A stretch of 64,000 bases of DNA from Escherichia coli. Lineage in GTDB: Bacteria; Pseudomonadota; Gammaproteobacteria; Enterobacterales; Enterobacteriaceae. The position numbers and the translations under genes were made by a program. The notes below the pieces were generated by a model. That model was not told where the DNA came from and searched no databases. It saw only the letters and a list, made by a program, of their open reading frames with translations. Within the stretch, counting starts at the first letter, position 1. Each line of letters starts with the position of its first letter. The stretch is from assembly GCF_045037415.1 (NCBI RefSeq), contig NZ_CP173438.1, one strand, 5' to 3'. Shown here piece after piece: positions 38,365 to 49,704 of the stretch.

Positions 38365-39801
38365 ATGAATCGTGATTCCTTTTATCCCGCCATCGCCTGT
38401 TTTCCGCTGTTACTGATGCTGGCCGGGTGTGCACCTATGCATGAAACCCGCCAGGCGTTAAGCCAGCAAACGCCCGCTGCACAAGTTGACACCGCATTAC
38501 CCACGGCGCTGAAAAATGGTTGGCCAGACAGCCAATGGTGGCTGGAGTATCACGATAATCAACTCACTTCCTTAATTAACAATGCACTACAGAACGCACC
38601 GGATATGCAGGTGGCTGAACAGCGCATTCAACTGGCTGAAGCCCAGGCGAAGGCAGTTGCTACTCAGGATGGTCCGCAGATCGACTTTTCTGCGGATATG
38701 GAGCGGCAAAAAATGTCTGCAGAAGGGTTAATGGGGCCGTTTGCTCTGAACGATCCTGCCGCAGGTACGACCGGTCCGTGGTACACCAACGGTACTTTTG
38801 GCTTAACGGCGGGCTGGCATCTCGATATCTGGGGAAAGAATCGGGCAGAGGTAACTGCTCGCCTGGGTACGGTTAAAGCACGAGCGGCGGAACGCGAGCA
38901 AACCCGCCAATTGCTGGCTGGCAGCGTAGCCCGCCTGTACTGGGAGTGGCAAACCCAGGCGGCGTTAAACACTGTCTTACAGCAAATCGAAAAAGAGCAG
39001 AACACCATTATCGCCACCGATCGCCAGCTATATCAGAACGGGATTACTTCTTCAGTTGAAGGTGTGGAAACCGATATTAATGCCAGCAAAACCCGGCAGC
39101 AGCTCAACGATGTCGCGGGGAAAATGAAAATTATTGAGGCACGGTTAAGCGCACTTACAAATCACCAGACAAAGGCATTGAAGCTTAATCCGGTCGCGTT
39201 GCCGAAAGTGGCAAGTCAGCTTCCTGATGAACTGGGGTACTCCTTACTGGCCCGGCGGGCAGATTTGCAGGCGGCGCACTGGTACGTTGAGTCATCGTTA
39301 AGCACTATTGATGCGGCAAAAGCGGCATTTTATCCTGACATCAACCTGATGGCCTTCCTGCAACAGGATGCGTTGCACTTAAGCGATCTGTTCCGTCATT
39401 CCGCGCAGCAAATGGGCGTTACGGCAGGCCTGACGCTACCCATTTTCGATAGTGGTCGTCTTAACGCCAACCTCGATATCGCAAAAGCCGAAAGCAACTT
39501 GTCTATCGCCAGCTACAACAAAGCGGTGGTTGAAGCGGTGAATGACGTGGCGCGGGCAGCCAGTCAGGTTCAGACACTGGCGGAGAAAAACCAGCATCAG
39601 GCGCAAATTGAGCGCGATGCCTTGCGTGTAGTAGGTCTTGCGCAGGCGCGCTTTAACGCGGGCATCATTGCGGGTTCCCGCGTCAGCGAAGCCAGAATCC
39701 CCGCGCTGCGTGAGCGGGCCAATGGCCTGTTATTGCAAGGGCAGTGGCTGGATGCCTCCATTCAACTCACTGGTGCGTTGGGCGGGGGTTACAAACGCTG
39801 A
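38365..39801 (+). CDS. mdtQ: Outer-membrane efflux lipoprotein (OprM/NodT family), apparently intact
   Basis: Track ORF trimmed to MNRDSFYPAIACFPLLLMLAGC lipoprotein signal (478 aa); single uninterrupted frame. Confidence 0.75.
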   Translation: MNRDSFYPAIACFPLLLMLAGCAPMHETRQALSQQTPAAQVDTALPTALKNGWPDSQWWLEYHDNQLTSLINNALQNAPDMQVAEQRIQLAEAQAKAVATQDGPQIDFSADMERQKMSAEGLMGPFALNDPAAGTTGPWYTNGTFGLTAGWHLDIWGKNRAEVTARLGTVKARAAEREQTRQLLAGSVARLYWEWQTQAALNTVLQQIEKEQNTIIATDRQLYQNGITSSVEGVETDINASKTRQQLNDVAGKMKIIEARLSALTNHQTKALKLNPVALPKVASQLPDELGYSLLARRADLQAAHWYVESSLSTIDAAKAAFYPDINLMAFLQQDALHLSDLFRHSAQQMGVTAGLTLPIFDSGRLNANLDIAKAESNLSIASYNKAVVEAVNDVARAASQVQTLAEKNQHQAQIERDALRVVGLAQARFNAGIIAGSRVSEARIPALRERANGLLLQGQWLDASIQLTGALGGGYKR

Positions 39802-39853
39802 TGATATGCGCCTTCTATACTTAACGTTTATTCAGCGTTAAGTGGAGAACTCG

Positions 39854-40615
39854 ATGGCACAGGTCGCGATTATTACCGCCTCCGATTCGGGGATCGGCAA
39901 AGAGTGCGCGTTATTACTGGCGCAGCAGGGGTTTGATATTGGCATTACCTGGCACTCAGATGAAGAAGGGGCAAAAGATACCGCGCGTGAGGTAGTTAGC
40001 CACGGCGTACGTGCGGAGATCGTGCAGCTGGATCTCGGCAATCTACCAGAAGGGGCACTGGCGCTGGAGAAACTCATTCAACGGCTGGGGCGTATTGATG
40101 TGCTGGTGAATAATGCGGGCGCAATGACCAAAGCGCCGTTTCTTGATATGGCTTTCGATGAGTGGCGCAAGATTTTTACCGTTGATGTCGATGGTGCATT
40201 TTTATGCTCGCAAATTGCTGCCCGCCAGATGGTGAAACAAGGGCAGGGTGGTCGCATCATCAACATTACGTCGGTGCATGAACATACGCCGTTGCCGGAT
40301 GCCAGCGCCTACACAGCCGCTAAACATGCGCTCGGCGGGTTAACCAAAGCGATGGCGCTGGAGCTGGTCAGGCATAAGATTTTGGTGAATGCGGTTGCAC
40401 CTGGGGCGATCGCCACGCCAATGAACGGCATGGATGATGGCGACGTGAAGCCCGGCGCGGAGCCTTCGATTCCCTTGCGGCGTTTTGGCGCAACGCATGA
40501 GATTGCCAGCCTGGTGGTGTGGCTTTGTTCGGAGGGCGCAAATTACACCACTGGGCAGTCGTTGATAGTGGATGGCGGCTTTATGCTGGCGAATCCGCAG
40601 TTCAACCCAGAATAG
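39854..40615 (+). CDS. yohF: Short-chain dehydrogenase/reductase
   Basis: Track ORF trimmed to MAQVAIITASDSGIGK (253 aa); TGxxxGIG cofactor motif and YxxxK catalytic motif (YTAAKHAL). Confidence 0.8.
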   Translation: MAQVAIITASDSGIGKECALLLAQQGFDIGITWHSDEEGAKDTAREVVSHGVRAEIVQLDLGNLPEGALALEKLIQRLGRIDVLVNNAGAMTKAPFLDMAFDEWRKIFTVDVDGAFLCSQIAARQMVKQGQGGRIINITSVHEHTPLPDASAYTAAKHALGGLTKAMALELVRHKILVNAVAPGAIATPMNGMDDGDVKPGAEPSIPLRRFGATHEIASLVVWLCSEGANYTTGQSLIVDGGFMLANPQFNPE

Positions 40616-40654
40616 CGCAGTGAGGTGCGTGGTTATTTCAATGGGTAATATTTG

Positions 40655-40736
40655 GGTAGGCATGATAAGACGCACAAGCGTCGCATCAGGCATGGTGCAC
40701 CGGATGTCGGATGCGGCGCGAACGCCTTATCCTAGG
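40655..40736. repeat. REP pair (BIME) between yohF and yohD
   Basis: gggtaggcatgataagacgcacaagcgtcgcatcaggcatg and ccggatgtcggatgcggcgcgaacgccttatcc. Confidence 0.7.
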
Positions 40737-40744
40737 CAATGGTT

Positions 40745-41323
40745 TTACGCCTGATTATCCGGCTTTTTCTTCCCGCGTCGTTTCAGCCACCAGCGCACGC
40801 CTACCACCAGAACCACGACCAGAATCAACCAGACCCAGTGCTTCAAATGCTGGTCGAGATTATGCAACCACGGCGCAATCACCTGACCACCAGCGTAACC
40901 GATAGTGGTAAAAATCAACGCCCAGGCAAATGCGCCGAGGATATTCAGTGGCAGAAAGATTTTCGGCGGCAGCTGGCTGGCACCAATCAGCGTCGGGCCA
41001 ATGACCCGAAAGCCATACATAAAACGCGTACCAATGACAAACAGATACGGATGGCGTTGGATCAGTTTCTGCGCCCGCTCAATTTTATCCTGATGTTTCG
41101 AGAAACGGCGTAATAGCTTGCCGCCAAACCGCCGCCCGCACAGATAAAGCACCTGGTCGCCAATCATGCCGCCAAGCGCCACAGAAAGTACCACCAGCGG
41201 GAACTTTAATAGCCCCTGATGTGCCGCAACGCCTCCCAGCAAAGTCACGGTTTCACCTTCCGCCAGGCTACCGATCACCAGCGCGGCATAACCATATTGT
41301 GAGATGAGTGTATTGAGATCCAT
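40745..41323 (-). CDS. yohD: DedA-family inner membrane protein
   Basis: Track ORF trimmed to MDLNTLISQYGYAALVIGS (192 aa); DedA/SNARE-associated topology. Confidence 0.8.
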   Translation of the reverse strand: MDLNTLISQYGYAALVIGSLAEGETVTLLGGVAAHQGLLKFPLVVLSVALGGMIGDQVLYLCGRRFGGKLLRRFSKHQDKIERAQKLIQRHPYLFVIGTRFMYGFRVIGPTLIGASQLPPKIFLPLNILGAFAWALIFTTIGYAGGQVIAPWLHNLDQHLKHWVWLILVVVLVVGVRWWLKRRGKKKPDNQA

Positions 41324-41492
41324 AGGACAGTCTGTCTCCCTTTGCTTGCCTGTAAGCATACACCCTGTGAATCATTCACGCTGAAAAAGGACGTACATCA
41401 GACGGTGCAAATTACATGAGTGAACAAAAAATAATCACAAGCTGACTTATACTTGAACTGTCAGGTTCATGAACTCACAACAAGGGGGCGGT

Positions 41493-42080
41493 ATGAGCCA
41501 TGTCTGGGGACTGTTTTCCCATCCCGATCGTGAAATGCAGGTGATTAATCGCGAAAACGAAACGATTTCTCATCACTACACCCACCACGTTTTGCTGATG
41601 GCGGCGATTCCGGTGATTTGCGCCTTCATTGGCACTACACAGATTGGCTGGAATTTTGGCGATGGCACTATCCTGAAGTTATCCTGGTTTACCGGACTGG
41701 CGCTGGCTGTCTTGTTTTACGGCGTTATGCTGGCTGGGGTTGCGGTGATGGGGCGGGTCATCTGGTGGATGGCGCGTAATTATCCGCAGCGTCCGTCACT
41801 TGCGCACTGCATGGTCTTCGCGGGCTACGTTGCAACTCCGCTGTTTTTAAGCGGTCTGGTGGCGCTTTACCCGCTGGTCTGGTTGTGTGCGCTGGTCGGC
41901 ACGGTGGCGCTGTTTTACACCGGCTACCTGCTGTATCTCGGTATTCCGAGCTTCCTGAATATCAACAAAGAGGAAGGACTTAGCTTCTCCAGTTCGACAC
42001 TGGCGATAGGCGTGCTGGTGCTGGAAGTGCTGCTCGCCCTTACCGTTATACTATGGGGCTACGGTTATCGTTTGTTCTAG
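41493..42080 (+). CDS. yohC: Yip1-family inner membrane protein
   Basis: Track ORF trimmed to MSHVWGLFSHP (195 aa); 5 TM segments. Confidence 0.75.
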   Translation: MSHVWGLFSHPDREMQVINRENETISHHYTHHVLLMAAIPVICAFIGTTQIGWNFGDGTILKLSWFTGLALAVLFYGVMLAGVAVMGRVIWWMARNYPQRPSLAHCMVFAGYVATPLFLSGLVALYPLVWLCALVGTVALFYTGYLLYLGIPSFLNINKEEGLSFSSSTLAIGVLVLEVLLALTVILWGYGYRLF

Positions 42081-42253
42081 AAAGTTCTTTTGCGCTGCAT
42101 TGCTGGCGTAAATGTCAGCAATGCAGCATTTCCTCACGATTCTCCTTTGACGATCGCACTTTTTGCTCGTTATGATGGCGTCGCTAGCCTCAGTAAATCC
42201 TTACTCCGGCGGTGCGCAACCCGTGCGCGTGAACCACTATCTGAATGCTCATC

Positions 42254-43186
42254 ATGCCGAAATTTCGAGTTTCTTTATTTAGCCTGGCCCTGATGCTGGC
42301 TGTGCCTTTTGCACCGCAGGCCGTTGCGAAAACGGCAGCCGCTACCACCGCGTCACAACCGGAAATTGCCTCCGGTAGCGCGATGATTGTTGATCTGAAT
42401 ACCAACAAAGTGATCTATTCGAACCACCCGGATCTGGTGCGTCCGATTGCGTCTATCAGCAAATTAATGACCGCGATGGTTGTGCTGGATGCACGACTGC
42501 CGCTGGATGAAAAACTAAAAGTGGATATCAGCCAGACGCCGGAGATGAAAGGGGTCTATTCGCGCGTACGACTGAACAGCGAAATCAGCCGTAAAGATAT
42601 GCTGTTGCTGGCGCTGATGTCTTCAGAAAACCGCGCGGCGGCAAGCCTTGCGCACCATTATCCCGGTGGTTACAAAGCCTTTATTAAGGCGATGAATGCG
42701 AAAGCGAAATCGCTCGGAATGAACAACACGCGCTTTGTTGAACCAACCGGATTGTCGGTGCATAACGTTTCAACCGCCCGTGACTTAACCAAACTACTCA
42801 TTGCCAGCAAACAATATCCGTTGATCGGGCAGTTAAGTACTACCCGGGAAGATATGGCAACCTTCTCTAACCCGACGTATACGCTGCCGTTCCGCAATAC
42901 TAACCATCTGGTGTATCGTGATAACTGGAATATTCAGTTAACCAAAACCGGTTTTACCAATGCGGCGGGCCATTGTCTGGTGATGCGCACGGTTATCAAT
43001 AATAAACCGGTGGCGCTGGTAGTGATGGACGCGTTTGGCAAATATACCCATTTTGCCGATGCCAGCCGCCTGCGTACCTGGATTGAAACCGGTAAAGTGA
43101 TGCCTGTTCCGGCAGCAGCGTTGAGCTATAAAAAACAAAAAGCCGCCCAAATGGCGGCGGCGGGGCAGACGGCACAGAACGATTAA
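42254..43186 (+). CDS. pbpG: D-alanyl-D-alanine endopeptidase (PBP7)
   Basis: Track ORF trimmed to [20 protein letters not shown] (310 aa); SxxK active site (SISKLMT) and SxN (SSEN) motifs. Confidence 0.85.
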
Positions 43187-43224
43187 ATGAATGACGGATG
43201 GCGATACTCTGCCATCCGTAATTA

Positions 43225-44940
43225 TTACTCCACTTCCTGCCAGTTTTTCCGCTTACTGGTTTTACCGATCCCCGGATTCATACTGTTGGTCGGATCGTTC
43301 TCGCGATAAAACTTCTGCAACGTCTCCGGTGCTTTATACAAATGACCGACGTTATGTTCGGCAGGGTATTGCGCGCCACGCTGCTGAAGCAGTTCCAGCA
43401 TCTGTTCTTTCAACGCATGCACATCCACGCCTTTTTTCACGATGTAATCCTGATGGAAGACATAGCACATAAAATGGCCGTAATAGAGCTTGTGCACCAG
43501 CTGGCTGTCGATCTCCGGCGGTAAATGCTCATACCATTCGGTGTCGTTACGCCGCAGAGCGATATCCAGCGCCAGAATGTCTTCGACTTCATCGGAATGC
43601 ACAGCCTGATAACGAATTGCTGCGCCCGCAGCGGCGAAACGGTGTAAAAACGCTTTGCTGCCTTCCTCCGGCGTACAGACAAAGAAATCGCCCTCGGCCT
43701 GTTTGAAATAATCCACCAGCCACGATTTGGCTTCACCGACGCCATCGCCCGCCATTTTTAACAGCAGATGATGCTCGTATTTATCGCGCCAGTTTTTCAT
43801 GCGCGGCGGTAAATGGCTGGGGAACAGGTGACCGAATTTTTGCATTGCACGGTCGGTAAAATGCGGACGGAAGAATTTCACTTTCTCCAGCATCGCATCG
43901 GTGCGTCCCTTGAGATTAAAGAAGAACGGCATCTTGTCGGTGCCTAACTTATCAATCATCAGGAAGGTGTCTTTGCCGTATTTTTCCGCAATATCGTAGA
44001 TATCCCGGTGCATATATTCCCCGGCAACCGGCAGATTTTCGAAATTAGCCAGAATATGACGGCGGATTTCGGTCAGCACTTCCGGCTGGTTGGTGCCGAT
44101 ATAAAACACCTGCTGATTTTTTTCCGCTTCGAAGGTATCAAGACGTACTGCAAAGACGGCCAGCTTCCCTGCGCAACCAGAAGATTCAAATAACCGATCC
44201 GGATCAGCGTTATAACGTGCGGGCGTGTCGGCTTCAATATCACGAACGCGGTGGACATAGTCATAATCGTGGGCGTGACGACCATCGTGGCGCACATCGT
44301 CATCTTTGATGCGATCGTCATCCAGCTTGCTAAGGATCTGCTCCGGCGTTTCGCCCAGATCAATCCCCAGATGGTTCACCAGCGTCAGTTTGCCATCTTC
44401 ATTTATACGCGCGAATAACGACATTTCGGTATACGCCGGGCCACGTTGCACCAGCGAGCCGCCGGAGTTGTTACAAATACCGCCGATGACCGATGCGCCT
44501 ATACACGATGATCCAATCACTGAGTGCGGTTCGCGTCCCAGCGGTTTGAGGGCTTTTTCCAGTGAATAGAGCGTGGTGCCCGGATAGGCCAGCACCTGTT
44601 CGCCCTTACCGAGTACGTGCAGCTTGTCGAGACGCAGGGTGCTGATGATCACGATATCGCGATCATAATCGTTACCGTTTGGCGTCGATCCTTCGGTCAG
44701 GCCTGTATTGGCCGCCTGCATCAGAATAATTTTGTCAGCGGTGACGCAGGCTTTCAGCACCCGCCACAATTCCAGTAGTGAGCCAGGGAAAACGACAGCC
44801 AGCGCGTCGCCCTGACCAGAACGGAAGCCCTTGCGATAGCGGGCCGTTTTTGCGGGATCGGTGAGCAGGTGTGAATGACCGACCAGACGGGAAAGTTCAT
44901 TCAAAAAGGCTTTATTATCAGTTGTTGTCATGGAAGACAT
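43225..44940 (-). CDS. dld: FAD-dependent D-lactate dehydrogenase (quinone)
   Basis: Track ORF trimmed to MSSMTTTDNKAFLNEL (571 aa); FAD-binding PCMH-type domain. Confidence 0.9.
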   Translation of the reverse strand: MSSMTTTDNKAFLNELSRLVGHSHLLTDPAKTARYRKGFRSGQGDALAVVFPGSLLELWRVLKACVTADKIILMQAANTGLTEGSTPNGNDYDRDIVIISTLRLDKLHVLGKGEQVLAYPGTTLYSLEKALKPLGREPHSVIGSSCIGASVIGGICNNSGGSLVQRGPAYTEMSLFARINEDGKLTLVNHLGIDLGETPEQILSKLDDDRIKDDDVRHDGRHAHDYDYVHRVRDIEADTPARYNADPDRLFESSGCAGKLAVFAVRLDTFEAEKNQQVFYIGTNQPEVLTEIRRHILANFENLPVAGEYMHRDIYDIAEKYGKDTFLMIDKLGTDKMPFFFNLKGRTDAMLEKVKFFRPHFTDRAMQKFGHLFPSHLPPRMKNWRDKYEHHLLLKMAGDGVGEAKSWLVDYFKQAEGDFFVCTPEEGSKAFLHRFAAAGAAIRYQAVHSDEVEDILALDIALRRNDTEWYEHLPPEIDSQLVHKLYYGHFMCYVFHQDYIVKKGVDVHALKEQMLELLQQRGAQYPAEHNVGHLYKAPETLQKFYRENDPTNSMNPGIGKTSKRKNWQEVE

Positions 44941-45135
44941 TTTCCACTCCTTGTGGTGGCGAAAAAATATCACAAACTAGAATAGCGCCTTGTATGACAA
45001 TTCAGCGAGTGAATATTTTGAAAATTCAGACAATAAACTGAGCATTCTTTTTCTCTCTCCATCATGCTTATGGCAAACTACGGTTTTTGCACCATTTTCG
45101 CTGCCACGTCGGGCAACAAAGGAAGAAAAATCCAT

Positions 45136-47433
45136 ATGAAATGGCTATGTTCAGTAGGAATCGCGGTGAGTCTGGCCCTGCAGCCAGCACTGGCGGATGA
45201 TTTATTCGGCAACCATCCATTAACGCCCGAAGCGCGGGATGCGTTCGTCACCGAACTGCTTAAGAAAATGACAGTTGATGAGAAAATTGGTCAGCTGCGC
45301 TTAATCAGCGTCGGCCCGGATAACCCGAAAGAGGCGATCCGCGAGATGATCAAAGACGGTCAGGTTGGGGCGATTTTCAACACCGTAACCCGTCAGGATA
45401 TCCGCGCCATGCAGGATCAGGTGATGGAATTAAGCCGCCTGAAAATTCCTCTTTTCTTTGCTTACGACGTGCTGCACGGTCAGCGCACGGTGTTCCCGAT
45501 TAGTCTCGGTCTGGCCTCGTCTTTTAACCTCGATGCGGTGAAAACAGTCGGGCGTGTCTCTGCTTATGAAGCGGCAGATGATGGCCTGAATATGACCTGG
45601 GCACCGATGGTCGATGTCTCGCGCGATCCGCGCTGGGGACGTGCTTCCGAAGGTTTTGGCGAAGATACGTATCTCACCTCAATAATGGGTAAAACCATGG
45701 TGGAAGCGATGCAGGGTAAAAGCCCGGCAGATCGCTACTCGGTGATGACCAGCGTCAAACACTTTGCCGCATACGGCGCGGTAGAAGGCGGTAAAGAGTA
45801 CAACACCGTCGATATGAGTCCGCAGCGCCTGTTTAACGACTATATGCCGCCGTACAAAGCGGGGCTGGATGCAGGCAGCGGTGCGGTGATGGTGGCGCTG
45901 AACTCGCTGAACGGCACGCCAGCCACCTCCGACTCCTGGCTGCTGAAAGATGTTCTGCGCGACCAGTGGGGCTTTAAAGGCATCACCGTTTCCGATCACG
46001 GCGCAATCAAAGAACTGATTAAACATGGCACGGCGGCAGACCCAGAGGATGCGGTACGCGTGGCGCTGAAGTCCGGAATCAACATGAGCATGAGCGACGA
46101 GTATTACTCGAAGTATCTGCCTGGGTTGATCAAATCCGGCAAAGTGACGATGGAAGAGCTGGACGATGCTGCCCGCCATGTACTGAACGTTAAATATGAT
46201 ATGGGATTGTTTAACGATCCATACAGCCATTTGGGGCCGAAAGAGTCTGACCCGGTGGATACCAATGCCGAAAGCCGCCTGCACCGCAAAGAAGCGCGTG
46301 AAGTGGCGCGCGAAAGCCTGGTGTTGCTGAAAAACCGTCTCGAAACGCTGCCGCTGAAAAAATCTGCAACCATTGCGGTGGTTGGCCCGCTGGCAGACAG
46401 CAAGCGTGACGTGATGGGAAGCTGGTCGGCAGCAGGTGTCGCCGATCAATCTGTTACTGTGCTAACCGGGATTAAAAACGCCGTCGGTGAAAACGGTAAA
46501 GTGCTGTATGCCAAAGGGGCGAACGTTACCAGTGACAAAGGCATTATCGATTTCCTGAATCAGTATGAAGAAGCGGTCAAAGTCGATCCGCGTTCGCCGC
46601 AAGAGATGATTGATGAAGCGGTGCAAACCGCGAAACAATCTGATGTGGTGGTGGCTGTGGTCGGTGAAGCTCAGGGGATGGCGCACGAAGCTTCCAGTCG
46701 TACCGATATCACTATTCCGCAAAGCCAACGTGACTTGATTGCGGCGCTGAAAGCCACCGGTAAACCGCTGGTGCTGGTGCTGATGAATGGGCGTCCGCTG
46801 GCGCTGGTGAAAGAAGATCAGCAGGCTGATGCGATTCTGGAAACCTGGTTTGCGGGGACTGAAGGCGGTAATGCAATTGCCGATGTATTGTTTGGCGATT
46901 ATAACCCGTCCGGCAAGCTGCCGATGTCCTTCCCGCGTTCTGTCGGGCAGATCCCGGTGTACTACAGCCATCTGAATACCGGGCGTCCGTATAATGCCGA
47001 CAAGCCGAACAAATACACTTCGCGTTATTTTGATGAAGCTAACGGGGCGCTTTATCCGTTCGGCTATGGGCTGAGCTACACCACTTTCACCGTCTCTGAT
47101 GTGAAACTTTCTGCGCCGACCATGAAGCGTGACGGCAAAGTGACGGCCAGCGTGCAGGTGACGAACACCGGTAAACGCGAAGGGGCCACGGTAGTACAGA
47201 TGTACTTGCAGGATGTGACGGCTTCCATGAGTCGCCCGGTGAAGCAGCTGAAAGGCTTTGAGAAAATCACTCTGAAACCGGGCGAAACTCAGACCGTCAG
47301 CTTCCCGATTGATATTGAGGCGCTGAAGTTCTGGAATCAACAGATGAAATATGACGCCGAGCCTGGCAAGTTCAATGTCTTTATCGGCACTGATTCCGCA
47401 CGCGTTAAGAAAGCCGAGTTTGAGTTGTTGTAA
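45136..47433 (+). CDS. bglX: Periplasmic beta-glucosidase (GH3)
   Basis: Track ORF trimmed to MKWLCSVGIAVSLALQPALA signal peptide (765 aa); GH3 catalytic region. Confidence 0.9.
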   Translation: MKWLCSVGIAVSLALQPALADDLFGNHPLTPEARDAFVTELLKKMTVDEKIGQLRLISVGPDNPKEAIREMIKDGQVGAIFNTVTRQDIRAMQDQVMELSRLKIPLFFAYDVLHGQRTVFPISLGLASSFNLDAVKTVGRVSAYEAADDGLNMTWAPMVDVSRDPRWGRASEGFGEDTYLTSIMGKTMVEAMQGKSPADRYSVMTSVKHFAAYGAVEGGKEYNTVDMSPQRLFNDYMPPYKAGLDAGSGAVMVALNSLNGTPATSDSWLLKDVLRDQWGFKGITVSDHGAIKELIKHGTAADPEDAVRVALKSGINMSMSDEYYSKYLPGLIKSGKVTMEELDDAARHVLNVKYDMGLFNDPYSHLGPKESDPVDTNAESRLHRKEAREVARESLVLLKNRLETLPLKKSATIAVVGPLADSKRDVMGSWSAAGVADQSVTVLTGIKNAVGENGKVLYAKGANVTSDKGIIDFLNQYEEAVKVDPRSPQEMIDEAVQTAKQSDVVVAVVGEAQGMAHEASSRTDITIPQSQRDLIAALKATGKPLVLVLMNGRPLALVKEDQQADAILETWFAGTEGGNAIADVLFGDYNPSGKLPMSFPRSVGQIPVYYSHLNTGRPYNADKPNKYTSRYFDEANGALYPFGYGLSYTTFTVSDVKLSAPTMKRDGKVTASVQVTNTGKREGATVVQMYLQDVTASMSRPVKQLKGFEKITLKPGETQTVSFPIDIEALKFWNQQMKYDAEPGKFNVFIGTDSARVKKAEFELL

Positions 47434-47446
47434 TTTTCGATGTTTG

Positions 47447-47481
<35 letters not shown>

Positions 47482-47622
47482 GAAACGCCGGGCAAAATAT
47501 GCCTTTTAAGTATTTATCTGATTCTGCAACTGAATCCACCCAGACAGGCTAACCCTGTCATTATCAACTATGCTTTTCTCTTAATTCGCTGAAAACAACA
47601 GTAAAAGAATGAGGAAAGCATC

Positions 47623-48540
47623 ATGCCACTCTCAAAGGTCTGGGCAGGTTCACTGGTTTTGTTGGCAGCCGTGAGCCTGCCGCTACAGGCAGCTTCCCCC
47701 GTTAAGGTTGGTTCAAAAATCGATACGGAAGGCGCGCTGCTCGGCAATATCATTTTGCAGGTGCTGGAAAGTCACGGCGTTCCTACGGTAAATAAAGTGC
47801 AACTTGGAACGACTCCTGTGGTGCGCGGCGCGATCACTTCTGGCGAGCTGGATATCTATCCGGAATATACCGGCAATGGGGCGTTCTTCTTTAAAGATGA
47901 AAACGATGCAGCGTGGAAAAACGTGCAGCAAGGTTACGAGAAAGTCAAAAAACTCGATGCAGAGCAAAACAAGTTAATCTGGCTGACGCCCGCACCTGCA
48001 AATAACACCTGGACCATCGCCGTGCGTCAGGATGTGGCAGAGAAAAACAAGCTCACTTCGCTTGCCGACCTGAGTCGTTATCTGCAAGAGGGCGGCACCT
48101 TCAAACTGGCAGCCTCGGCAGAGTTTATTGAACGCGCCGATGCCTTACCCGCGTTTGAAAAAGCCTATGGCTTTAAGCTCGGTCAGGATCAGTTGCTGTC
48201 ACTGGCTGGTGGCGACACGGCGGTAACGATCAAAGCCGCTGCCCAGCAAACCTCTGGCGTTAATGCCGCAATGGCTTACGGCACTGACGGCCCGGTCGCG
48301 GCGCTGGGGCTGCAAACCTTAAGCGATCCGCAAGGCGTGCAACCTATCTACGCGCCTGCACCAGTGGTGCGTGAGTCGGTGCTGAAAGAGTATCCACAAA
48401 TGGCACAGTGGCTACAGCCAGTCTTCGCCAGCCTCGATGAAAAAACATTGCAGCAACTGAATGCCAGCATTGCTGTGGAAGGACTGGATGCCAAAAAAGT
48501 GGCTGCCGACTACCTGAAACAAAAAGGGTGGACGAAGTAA
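47623..48540 (+). CDS. osmF: Glycine betaine/osmoprotectant ABC transporter periplasmic binding protein
   Basis: 305 aa with signal peptide; first gene of a four-gene ABC cluster. Confidence 0.85.
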   Translation: MPLSKVWAGSLVLLAAVSLPLQAASPVKVGSKIDTEGALLGNIILQVLESHGVPTVNKVQLGTTPVVRGAITSGELDIYPEYTGNGAFFFKDENDAAWKNVQQGYEKVKKLDAEQNKLIWLTPAPANNTWTIAVRQDVAEKNKLTSLADLSRYLQEGGTFKLAASAEFIERADALPAFEKAYGFKLGQDQLLSLAGGDTAVTIKAAAQQTSGVNAAMAYGTDGPVAALGLQTLSDPQGVQPIYAPAPVVRESVLKEYPQMAQWLQPVFASLDEKTLQQLNASIAVEGLDAKKVAADYLKQKGWTK

Positions 48541-48546
48541 TTTCCC

Positions 48547-49704
48547 GTGACTTATCTACGTATTAATCCTGTTCTGGCGCTGCTGCTGTTGCTGACGGCA
48601 ATCGCAGCGGCGCTGCCGTTTATCAGTTACGCGCCTAATCGTTTAGTTTCGGGTGAGGGGCGTCATCTCTGGCAGCTGTGGCCGCAAACTCTCTGGATGC
48701 TGGTGGGCGTTGGTTGCGCCTGGCTGACAGCCTGTTTTATTCCCGCTAAAAAAGGCAGCATTTTTGCACTCATTCTGGCGCAATTCGTCTTCGTATTGCT
48801 GGTGTGGGGAGCTGGAAAGGCGGCGACACAACTGGCGCAAAATGGCAGTGCGCTGGCACGTACCAGCCTCGGCAGTGGTTTCTGGCTGGCTGCGGCGCTG
48901 GCACTGCTGGCCTGTAGCGATGCCATCCGCCGAATCTCCACGCATCCGCTGTGGCGCTGGTTGTTGCATATGCAGATTGCCATTATTCCGCTGTGGTTGC
49001 TGTACTCCGGCACGCTTAACGATCTCTCGTTAATGAAAGAATACGCCAACCGTCAGGATGTGTTTGACGACGCTCTGGCACAACATCTGACGTTGCTGTT
49101 TGGTGCGGTGCTGCCTGCGTTAGTGATTGGTGTGCCGTTGGGCATCTGGTGCTACTTTTCCACCGCGCGGCAGGGGGCGATTTTTTCTCTGCTGAATGTC
49201 ATTCAGACCGTGCCTTCGGTAGCGCTCTTTGGCCTGCTGATTGCGCCGCTTGCCGCGCTGGTTACGGCCTTTCCGTGGCTGGGAACGCTCGGCATAGCAG
49301 GAACCGGAATGACACCCGCACTTATTGCGCTGGTGCTCTATGCCTTGCTGCCGCTGGTGCGCGGCGTAGTAGTCGGCTTGAACCAGATCCCGCGCGATGT
49401 GCTGGAGAGCGCCAGAGCGATGGGGATGAGCGGGGTGCAGCGTTTCCTGCATGTTCAGTTACCGCTGGCGTTACCGGTATTTCTGCGCAGCCTGCGGGTG
49501 GTGATGGTGCAAACCGTTGGCATGGCGGTGATTGCGGCGTTAATCGGCGCAGGCGGTTTTGGTGCGCTGGTTTTCCAGGGGCTGCTAAGCAGTGCCATTG
49601 ATTTAGTGTTGCTGGGGGTGATCCCGGTAATTGTTCTGGCGGTGCTTACCGACGCGCTGTTCGATTTGCTTATCGCACTGCTGAAGGTGAAACGTAATGA
49701 TTGA
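48547..49704 (+). CDS. yehY: Osmoprotectant ABC transporter permease
   Basis: 385-aa permease with EAA-loop region ([14 protein letters not shown]). Confidence 0.85.
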   Translation: MTYLRINPVLALLLLLTAIAAALPFISYAPNRLVSGEGRHLWQLWPQTLWMLVGVGCAWLTACFIPAKKGSIFALILAQFVFVLLVWGAGKAATQLAQNGSALARTSLGSGFWLAAALALLACSDAIRRISTHPLWRWLLHMQIAIIPLWLLYSGTLNDLSLMKEYANRQDVFDDALAQHLTLLFGAVLPALVIGVPLGIWCYFSTARQGAIFSLLNVIQTVPSVALFGLLIAPLAALVTAFPWLGTLGIAGTGMTPALIALVLYALLPLVRGVVVGLNQIPRDVLESARAMGMSGVQRFLHVQLPLALPVFLRSLRVVMVQTVGMAVIAALIGAGGFGALVFQGLLSSAIDLVLLGVIPVIVLAVLTDALFDLLIALLKVKRND

